Translations under genes and position numbers: made by a program
Shown: piece after piece, positions 57,014 to 64,000 of the stretch
How positions within the stretch are numbered: position 1 is the first letter of the stretch
Layout: every line of letters starts with the position of its first letter
Assembly: GCA_958296135.2 (NCBI GenBank)
Contig: CATQHZ020000001.1
Coordinates: 2,944,001-3,008,000, forward strand
Reading direction: 5' to 3'
Origin: an uncultured Poribacteria bacterium
GTDB lineage: Bacteria; Poribacteria; WGA-4E; WGA-3G
Length of the DNA: 64,000 bases
The notes under the pieces: generated by a model
Told to the model about the DNA's origin: nothing
What the model saw: only the letters and a program-made list of their open reading frames with translations
Database searches by the model: none

Positions 57014-57118
57014 CGCCAACCCCGAAACGCGACCGTGCCACGGCGTTCGCACTCGGCGCATCTCAAACCACGCGGGCTCTGCCGAGCCCGCGCGACATGC
57101 CAAATGTTGCGGTTCGAT

Positions 57119-60100
57119 TCAAGACTTTTTTGCTTCCGCCTCGCGTTCCTCCTGCGCCTTTTTAAATTCGGCAGATGCATCCGGCAGCGGGATACCCCGC
57201 AGCTGCAGGTTCAATTGCTGCGTCGCCAATGCCGCGCTGTCATCGGGATAGCCGTGCTTTGCGGCCTCAACATCCAACTCGCAGATTGCCTTCTTCGTGC
57301 CTGCAATGCTCGGCTCGGCGGACAGCATTTCACGAAGCATCTGCATCGCTTCGTGGACAGCAGTATCCGTGATGCCGAATACCTCTGCCAGCAACTGCGC
57401 GTCAAGGATGTGTCTCCAAGCGTCCCAATGGGATTCGTTGTAGGGACGCATCCGCGCGCCCTGCAGTTCTGCCAGTATTCGATCCGCCGCGTCTAGCTGT
57501 TCTTTGGAGAGCTTGCGGACATCTAGCGTCGGAACGTTTCCCAAAGTCGTCAGTCTCAGCTGTCCCCTACCTTGCTGTTGCCTGCCTGCAGTTGTCCAAT
57601 GGCATAGCAGCCCGAATGTGGAGTTCGTCCACAATGTCCACGCAGCATCGTAGGATGAGTCCGTCAACTTCACGTTGGTAATCGACCTAATGCCTAGCGT
57701 GTGGGACTCCGTATAGGGTGCCAAGATGGAATTGGCGGAGAATCCCAACATCATGTGATAATGCGTTCGGCTATTATGCTCACGCAAAATCCGGTGTGCC
57801 TTTTCTACGTTAAACGGCTTGGTTTGCGCCTTGTAGTCTGGTACGGTTTGGATGGACCGCTGCGGTGTGATGTTCTCCGATTTGTAGATGGCATCATACC
57901 CTTCTTGCACGGCGGATTCACGTGCGTGCATCTCAAACGCGCCACGCTTACCCCTCTCCTTGATGTCCGGGTCGCTTGCCCCCACTTTCCCGACCTCGCT
58001 CAATAGACACATTGGGATTTCCAATGCGTCAGCTAAACCGGGTAACCGCAACTTTCCATAACGTAGTTGATAGGCAATCTGTCCCAACGACATTGCCTTC
58101 AAACGGGTCACTGTCCACTCGCCTTCATCAATCGGACAATCTAACGCACTCGCCACAGTTACGCTGCCAATTTTGAAAACGTCGCCACCGAGTGCCTCAT
58201 CTTCCAACCGGCGTGTAACGTGTTTGCACTGAATTTCACTCGCCAACGCTTGTGCGGCCAGTAGGCTGTCGGGACGTTCACTGAGGGATACGAATTTCGC
58301 CCTGCCGGTATTCTCGCCCACGCCTTTATCAGCGATGACCATGCACTCTGCTATACCCGTATCGGAGGAAAACGCGCTATCGTGAGCACTATTCTGCGCT
58401 ATCGTCACAACGGACACATTGTGATATTCCGTTGCCCACATCTCGCGCATTTTCTGAAACGACATAACTGTGAAAATCGATGCTGGCAAAATAAAAGCCA
58501 TCCGTCCACCGTCGCGCAACTTCAAATCGGCAAGTTCCACGAAATAGGAGTATGGGACTTTTCCATGTCCAACCCGGGTTTTCTTTTTTCCCAGTGCCTC
58601 AAGCATCAACTCCTGCTCTTCTTTACTGCGATACTGAGAACCGAACACCAGCTTCTGAGTCTTCGCATTAGTGTCCGCGCTGTTCGTCAGGAACGGAGGG
58701 TTCATGATGACGATGTCCATCTCACCGTCGGGAAACTCGCGCTTGAGTTCCGCTGTCGCTTCTTCAGTACCGCTTGCTTGCTTATCAAACGCATCTAGTG
58801 CATCAAATAGCATTTGGTTATCCAGCAGCTCTAGTGCCCCGGTCTTAAAATCGCCTTCCCCGACTTTACCACAAGGTGCTGTGATGACCCGGGTTGCGCC
58901 GAGTGTCACTTCGGGATGCGCGCTCGCCATCGCTGCGAACGTTAAGTGGGTGCAGTGTGTGAAGATGTCACAGCCTGCGAGATTATTCTCCAGCATGTGC
59001 CGATGGATGCCGACACTTGTCTCGCCTTTCCGCTCTTCCCACAGTTGCTGGATGCGTTTGTAAACGCCGTTCAGCAAGGCACCGGTGCCGCAGGCGTAAT
59101 CCGCTACTTTCGGCAGCGTTTCTAGGCTCAGTTCTTCAGGCAGGCTCGGACACGCTAGTGCCGAGATGAGCACCGCGCTCTCTGGCAATGTGTAGTTCGC
59201 CTTAACGTTCTTCCTGTCCACCAGCAGCTTTTGAAACACCTCACCCGCAAGTTCTTGGATTTGCGGGAGGTGGGACTCGAGCAGCGTGCAGGCAACATCG
59301 CACAGTTCGCGCAGCACCTTTTTCGCCATCGCCGCGTCGTAAGTAAACGCTCTGGACAGCATATCCCGCGCGCCGTAGAAAATCGGGTGGTAGTTAACTC
59401 CCAATATCGCATCCCAATCTGCCACCACCGATTTCAAATCGATGCCGTTCACTTGGTAGTAGGCAGGCGGTCGAACCGAGTTCATAAGCGGTTCCCCAGC
59501 CAGGGAGTTTTGGAACACGAATGCGTCCACAATTATCAAGCATGCTACCCGCGCCGCCTGCTCACTATATTCGCCCTGGTCTAAAATTTCCTTAAGTTCC
59601 TCGCCTATCGCGGCATTCTGGGATACGGCGTTGTGCAGGGCGCGTGCTGCGCCCTCAACGCCTTCTCGCATTTGTTTTGAGGCGGCTTGGATGCGCTCAC
59701 TCGGCACTGCGCCGACCCGGGTGGCGTTCGCCACATCCCTGAGACTGCCTGTTGCGAACCCCAAGCGCGGGAAGCGGTAATCAGTGCCTTTTGACCGGCC
59801 CACCAGCACATACTCAATGTCTTCGGCGTTAGGAAGAGCCTCCTGTAACTCCCATCTTTTCATACCGCGGAAGCGTTCGGGATACCGAATAACCATTACC
59901 GTATTCAATTCTGCACTGTTCCCGCGGAATTCGGAGATGAGCGTCTGCCCCCAGTATTTATCGCGGACAGATTGGAGTGCCTGCTCGCCGTCTCCACCCT
60001 GCCATTTTGCATCGATGCCGACTGTCTCGTGCCCGAGTCGCTTCACGACGATGTCGGGAGTCTTCGCGTTTCCATACAGCACGCTCTCTTGTTCCTCAAC

Positions 60101-60184
60101 TTCCCATCCTGCTTGGCGGGGTAACAAATGCGCCAGCACATCTACCACTGCACTCGTGACGACATTCTCTTTCTTTTGAGGCAT
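57119..60184 (-). CDS. Single-chain restriction-modification enzyme (type IIG-like): PD-(D/E)xK nuclease + N6-adenine MTase
   Basis: TPDIVV...VGIDAK; ADYACGTGAL; IVIMNPPF; GRMAFILP motifs. Confidence 0.82.
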   Translation of the reverse strand: MPQKKENVVTSAVVDVLAHLLPRQAGWEVEEQESVLYGNAKTPDIVVKRLGHETVGIDAKWQGGDGEQALQSVRDKYWGQTLISEFRGNSAELNTVMVIRYPERFRGMKRWELQEALPNAEDIEYVLVGRSKGTDYRFPRLGFATGSLRDVANATRVGAVPSERIQAASKQMREGVEGAARALHNAVSQNAAIGEELKEILDQGEYSEQAARVACLIIVDAFVFQNSLAGEPLMNSVRPPAYYQVNGIDLKSVVADWDAILGVNYHPIFYGARDMLSRAFTYDAAMAKKVLRELCDVACTLLESHLPQIQELAGEVFQKLLVDRKNVKANYTLPESAVLISALACPSLPEELSLETLPKVADYACGTGALLNGVYKRIQQLWEERKGETSVGIHRHMLENNLAGCDIFTHCTHLTFAAMASAHPEVTLGATRVITAPCGKVGEGDFKTGALELLDNQMLFDALDAFDKQASGTEEATAELKREFPDGEMDIVIMNPPFLTNSADTNAKTQKLVFGSQYRSKEEQELMLEALGKKKTRVGHGKVPYSYFVELADLKLRDGGRMAFILPASIFTVMSFQKMREMWATEYHNVSVVTIAQNSAHDSAFSSDTGIAECMVIADKGVGENTGRAKFVSLSERPDSLLAAQALASEIQCKHVTRRLEDEALGGDVFKIGSVTVASALDCPIDEGEWTVTRLKAMSLGQIAYQLRYGKLRLPGLADALEIPMCLLSEVGKVGASDPDIKERGKRGAFEMHARESAVQEGYDAIYKSENITPQRSIQTVPDYKAQTKPFNVEKAHRILREHNSRTHYHMMLGFSANSILAPYTESHTLGIRSITNVKLTDSSYDAAWTLWTNSTFGLLCHWTTAGRQQQGRGQLRLTTLGNVPTLDVRKLSKEQLDAADRILAELQGARMRPYNESHWDAWRHILDAQLLAEVFGITDTAVHEAMQMLREMLSAEPSIAGTKKAICELDVEAAKHGYPDDSAALATQQLNLQLRGIPLPDASAEFKKAQEEREAEAKKS

Positions 60185-60359
60185 TCTTGAATTCTCCATC
60201 GGTTTTTGATGACATTTACGAATCAAATCGGGTTATTTCCAAAATCATCCCCTTCCCGGTAGGGCGAAGGGCTGTCCCGCGCCGTGCTACTATCTTGGGG
60301 GACAGGCTCCCGCGCCCCGGGTCAACGGGGCGGGGAAGCGCGTCTACCCAGAGCGTCCG

Positions 60360-61199
60360 TTAAAAAGGCGCGTTTTGAGATTTCGATGCCTCAGTTTGCG
60401 GCGCGGCGGATGCCTCTTCCGTTGTCGGTTCCTCAGGCGTTGGCACCTCGCTCTGCTGGCTGGCCGTGGTTAGCTGCTTAATGCGGCCGCACAACTCATC
60501 CAGCAGCTTCGGTGAGGTTTCCGCGGCTTTGAGTTCCGCAGCAAGCTCTGTCCACTGCATCTCGGACATGTCGTTTCGGGATGCCACACTGTATCTGCGC
60601 TTGATGTAGTTCCACAGGTCTGCCTTGGAGATGCCTTTCTTTTCGAGAGGTGCGGCGAGCTGGTTTGCAATTGCGAAGGCGGCTTTCTGCGCGGTAGGGA
60701 TATTCCCGCCGCTTTGTCGCGCCTGCGGTTGCTGCGCGGCAGCACTCCCTTGCGTCTTCCGATGCAGGTAGAAGTTTAGCACCTCGCGTATCACCGGCAC
60801 CGGTATCAACTGTTTAATGGCGTTCCGCTGCGCCTTGTGAATCGCTTTGGTGAAGGCGAACGGGTCGGCGCGGCCCCCCATCATCTTCGCCTGTTCATAC
60901 GCGCCGTAGCGGGATGAACCCGTGATGGTATCTGTCGCTTTGGCGACAGCAATCCAGGAATGGTCGCGCTCTTCATACGTGACATCTTCGACCTGGATGC
61001 CGCCGCGCCGATTAGCAGCCTCGTTGATGCCCGCTAACGTCAAGCCTTCAACTGTGCGTCCACCCTGTTTGAAGGAGTAGACGTAATCCTGAATGGTTTG
61101 CCCTGTCATCAATTCAATAATCGCCTGGTCATCCACCTGATCGACGACTTCGTATTCGGCTGTGACGGGGACAACTTCGTTCTTTTTTTCTTCAGCCAT
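60360..61199 (-). CDS. Hypothetical protein, possibly Rad52/RecT-like single-strand annealing protein
   Basis: GGAGG RBS; beta-beta-beta-alpha pattern ending AFTKAIHKAQRNAIKQLIP; separate helical C-terminal domain; function call is tentative. Confidence 0.55.
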   Translation of the reverse strand: MAEEKKNEVVPVTAEYEVVDQVDDQAIIELMTGQTIQDYVYSFKQGGRTVEGLTLAGINEAANRRGGIQVEDVTYEERDHSWIAVAKATDTITGSSRYGAYEQAKMMGGRADPFAFTKAIHKAQRNAIKQLIPVPVIREVLNFYLHRKTQGSAAAQQPQARQSGGNIPTAQKAAFAIANQLAAPLEKKGISKADLWNYIKRRYSVASRNDMSEMQWTELAAELKAAETSPKLLDELCGRIKQLTTASQQSEVPTPEEPTTEEASAAPQTEASKSQNAPF

Positions 61200-61384
61200 G
61201 GTATCCTCCGAAAGTGAGTTATGTAACGTTAGTATACCCTATTTCGGCGATGGATGCCAAGAAAAAAGACCTGGGTTTTCATAACGAGTCCGTTTTCAAA
61301 TTAAGGACTTTTTGAGGGGATGCAATGTTCCTGGGCTGCAGCGCGAAAATATCCTATCGCCGAGACATCATCTGCATCGTCCCG

Positions 61385-62239
61385 CTATGCCGGCCGCGGG
61401 CTGCCCAACAAACGCAACAACCGCTCGCTGGCATTTTGGAGGGTATCCGCCGGCACCGGTACCCTATTGCAGAGGCTAAACCGCCAATATGCCCAGTAGG
61501 CGGCGTATTGCGATTGCAAAATATAGCGCGTCCTCCCTGAAACGTTCGGTGCGCCGCGGTGCCAACACTGCGGGTCCTGCAGGTAAATGTCTCCCGCCTT
61601 GCAGAAAACCGAGACAGGCGCGTTTCCTTCAAATTGAGGGTTCTCAGCATCGTTTGGATGCCTGCCGGAGTAGTGGCTCCCCGGGACATATTGCGTCGGG
61701 CCATGCTCAATTGAATCGATATCCGATAGTGCCATCTGCACGGTAAACCACATCACGGGCATCCGGAGCCTCGGGTCGTGGCGCGGCATCTCATCGGTAA
61801 CGGGGAAGTGGACGGAGCCGTCGACATGCCATCTATCAATCGAGAGCCCGGGCAAGTTCCGCAGCACATTTTGCCCGCAGAACTTACAATCTTCGCCGAC
61901 AATCGCCTCTGCGAGACTGAAGATCGGTTCTCGGAGGAGCATGTCTCGAAAGAGCGCGTCCAATTCGATAGTATTCCGCAAGATGAACGGCTGTTGCGCT
62001 CCTGATTCGGAATGTGTGCCCATCTGGATGTATCTCACATCGGCGAGATTTGGATTTGTTCTTTCGGCCAACTCTGGTTCTGCAAAAAGTTCATCGGTTT
62101 TCTCTCGGAGCGCGGTGACTTCTGCGTCTGTCAACACACCGGGAATATAGACGAACCCATCGCTGAAAAATTGTTCAGCGATTTGTGCCGTCTTCTCCGC
62201 GTTGAACGGTTCGCCTCGGAGGATTGGAGTGGTAGTCAT
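61385..62239 (-). CDS. Phytanoyl-CoA dioxygenase (PhyH) family protein
   Basis: DGFVYIPGVL, RWHVD, HGPTQYVPGSH, CWHRG motifs. Confidence 0.92.
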   Translation of the reverse strand: MTTTPILRGEPFNAEKTAQIAEQFFSDGFVYIPGVLTDAEVTALREKTDELFAEPELAERTNPNLADVRYIQMGTHSESGAQQPFILRNTIELDALFRDMLLREPIFSLAEAIVGEDCKFCGQNVLRNLPGLSIDRWHVDGSVHFPVTDEMPRHDPRLRMPVMWFTVQMALSDIDSIEHGPTQYVPGSHYSGRHPNDAENPQFEGNAPVSVFCKAGDIYLQDPQCWHRGAPNVSGRTRYILQSQYAAYWAYWRFSLCNRVPVPADTLQNASERLLRLLGSPRPA

Positions 62240-62340
62240 CGTGTTTGTGCCTCCTCTTGTCGTTGGAAGTTATTTTAGCGATTTTGGCATAATGTATCAA
62301 GAGGAAAATGCAGAATGACAGGAGCGCACAATGCATTTTC

Positions 62341-62369
62341 TTGACAATAAACGCGACTTGCGGTATCAT
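62341..62369 (+). promoter_or_regulatory. Putative sigma70 promoter for nagA
   Basis: TTGACA-N17-TATCAT. Confidence 0.6.
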
Positions 62370-62402
62370 AAACCTCAAATTCTGAACGCGGGACAAACGC
62401 CG

Positions 62403-63560
62403 ATGATACTCAGCGGATACAACGTTTTTGACAACACACCGCTAGAAATTGCTATTGACAAAGGGCGCGTGCGAGCTATTCGCGAAGCGGCAGCTGCCGA
62501 TAGCACGCTACTGATTGCGCCTTCCCTGATAGACACCCAGGTCAACGGCTTCATGGGGTTCGACCTGGGTGTTGCCGACGTTACGCCATCGGATGTCTGT
62601 GCGATAGTTCGCGCGCTGTGGCGTGTCGGGACCGGGTTTTTCTGTCCGACGGTGGTGACAGCCTCGTTTGAGCACATCGCGAACTCCCTGCGCGCGATTG
62701 TGGCGGCGTGCGCGAATGATTCGCAGGTTGCCCGTTCGGTTATCGGCATTCATGTTGAGGGCCCCTATATCTCATCGGAAGACGGCCCGCGTGGCGCGCA
62801 CCCGCGGAAACATGCCCGCGACCCGGATTGGGATGAGTTTCGGCGGTGGCAGGACATCGCCGAAGGCAAAATCAGATTGGTAACCCTCGCGCCGGAGCGA
62901 AAAGGGGCTATCCCGTTTATTGAAAAATTAGTTGAGAACGGTATCGTCGTTGCCTTGGGACACACGAATGCTTCCGAATCTGACATCCAGGCGGCGATTC
63001 AAGCAGGTGCGAAGTTATCCACTCATCTCGGCAACGGTGCGCATGCCGTTATCCGTCGGCACCCGAACTACATTTGGGAGCAGCTCGCCGCTGATGAACT
63101 TTGGGCAAGTCTCATCGTTGATGGCCATCATCTGCCGCCGGCGGTTGTCAAATCAATGATGCGCGCGAAGACGCTCGCGCGATGCTTGCTCATTAGCGAT
63201 GCCGTGGCGTTAGCCGGAATGACACCGGGGGTTTATCAATTCGCGGGGAGAAAGGTGGCGTTGACTGATGAAGCCAAAGTCTGCTTAGTCGGGACGGAGT
63301 ATCTCGCCGGTTCGGCGATTGAACTGATGCGCGGTGTCGAAAATAGCGTCTGCTTTGCCGGCATTTCGCTTGCGGAAGCATTTGCACTTGCTACGAGGCA
63401 GCCTGCGCGCCTCCTCGGTGTGGAAAAGCAAATCAGTTACCTTGCTCAGCCCGATTCGGCCAACCTAGTCTTCTTTCGGTGGAGTGTAGTAGACTGCAAA
63501 ATCAAGGTGCTAGCAACAATCTTCGATGGTAAATTGGTTTATGAGAACGCTGAACTGTGA
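62403..63560 (+). CDS. nagA: N-acetylglucosamine-6-phosphate deacetylase
   Basis: IDTQVNG, GIHVEGPYI, RGAH, LGHT, THLGNG, DGHH, ISDA motifs. Confidence 0.9.
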   Translation: MILSGYNVFDNTPLEIAIDKGRVRAIREAAAADSTLLIAPSLIDTQVNGFMGFDLGVADVTPSDVCAIVRALWRVGTGFFCPTVVTASFEHIANSLRAIVAACANDSQVARSVIGIHVEGPYISSEDGPRGAHPRKHARDPDWDEFRRWQDIAEGKIRLVTLAPERKGAIPFIEKLVENGIVVALGHTNASESDIQAAIQAGAKLSTHLGNGAHAVIRRHPNYIWEQLAADELWASLIVDGHHLPPAVVKSMMRAKTLARCLLISDAVALAGMTPGVYQFAGRKVALTDEAKVCLVGTEYLAGSAIELMRGVENSVCFAGISLAEAFALATRQPARLLGVEKQISYLAQPDSANLVFFRWSVVDCKIKVLATIFDGKLVYENAEL

Positions 63561-63693
63561 TAAGTATGAGACAACGCGGGCCGGACGCACTTTTCGCGCA
63601 ACCCCGGCAGGCTTGCTTTCTAAGCGAGCTCCGGACGGTGGGCACGCTTCCAAAGCGCGCTTACGGAGTCGGTTTTGCGTACCTTTACGACGA

Positions 63694-64000
63694 ATGTGTT
63701 GGTGTACCTGCATATTCATTGTTGCCTATTGCGGTATCGCGGGAGCGCAGGTATCCGAACCCTTCGCTCGGGGGATGCGCGCCATGGAGCTCGGCCTTTA
63801 TGCCGAGGCGGTGACAGCGTTCCAAAACGTGTTGCAACTGAACCCGCAGCACGCCGAGGCCTACTGCGAGCTGGGCGCGGTGTATCGGCTTCAAGACAAA
63901 ACTAACGACGCGGCGGACGCGTATCGTCACGCCTTGACACTTCAGGCTTCGCCAGAGACGCGCGGGGTTGCGCATCTCTCTCTGGCGCGAATTTACCACT
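63694..64000 (+). CDS. TPR protein, partial (runs off the window end)
   Basis: Manual translation: ...GLYAEAVTAFQNVLQLNPQHAEAYCELGAVYRLQDK...; absent from the ORF track because it has no stop; start uncertain. Confidence 0.8.
   Translation, partial: MCWCTCIFIVAYCGIAGAQVSEPFARGMRAMELGLYAEAVTAFQNVLQLNPQHAEAYCELGAVYRLQDKTNDAADAYRHALTLQASPETRGVAHLSLARIYH

Overview
A 64-kb bacterial chromosomal window. The gene content (WD40+dockerin surface protein, several PhyH/2OG dioxygenases, TPR proteins, Rpn nuclease, dense GTAG-type REP palindromes) suggests a Ca. Poribacteria-like sponge symbiont, but this is inference only. Housekeeping and metabolic genes include aspartate kinase, aroQ, thiN, korAB, nagA, an ECF sigma/anti-sigma/RseB module, an Fe3+ ABC transporter with a ceruloplasmin-like oxidase, and ABC+DUF1854. 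Accessory DNA includes: (1) a tnpA-less IS607-like TnpB element inserted in the GG of a Shine-Dalgarno sequence; (2) a methyltransferase frameshifted at a G9 tract; (3) a ~13-kb defence island (PLD-helicase, ABC-ATPase+TOPRIM-like DUF4276, Eco57I-like MTase, TIR-TPR, TPR-UPF0175+PIN, orphan HTH antitoxin) with cassettes flanked by duplicated gene 3' ends; (4) an Rpn nuclease with an internal small-protein start, followed by two free-standing mosaic copies of its C-terminal domain; (5) a second fused restriction-modification enzyme. REP palindromes recur in-frame inside proteins. No rRNA, tRNA or CRISPR array was seen. All family assignments come from motif recognition by eye, not database searches.
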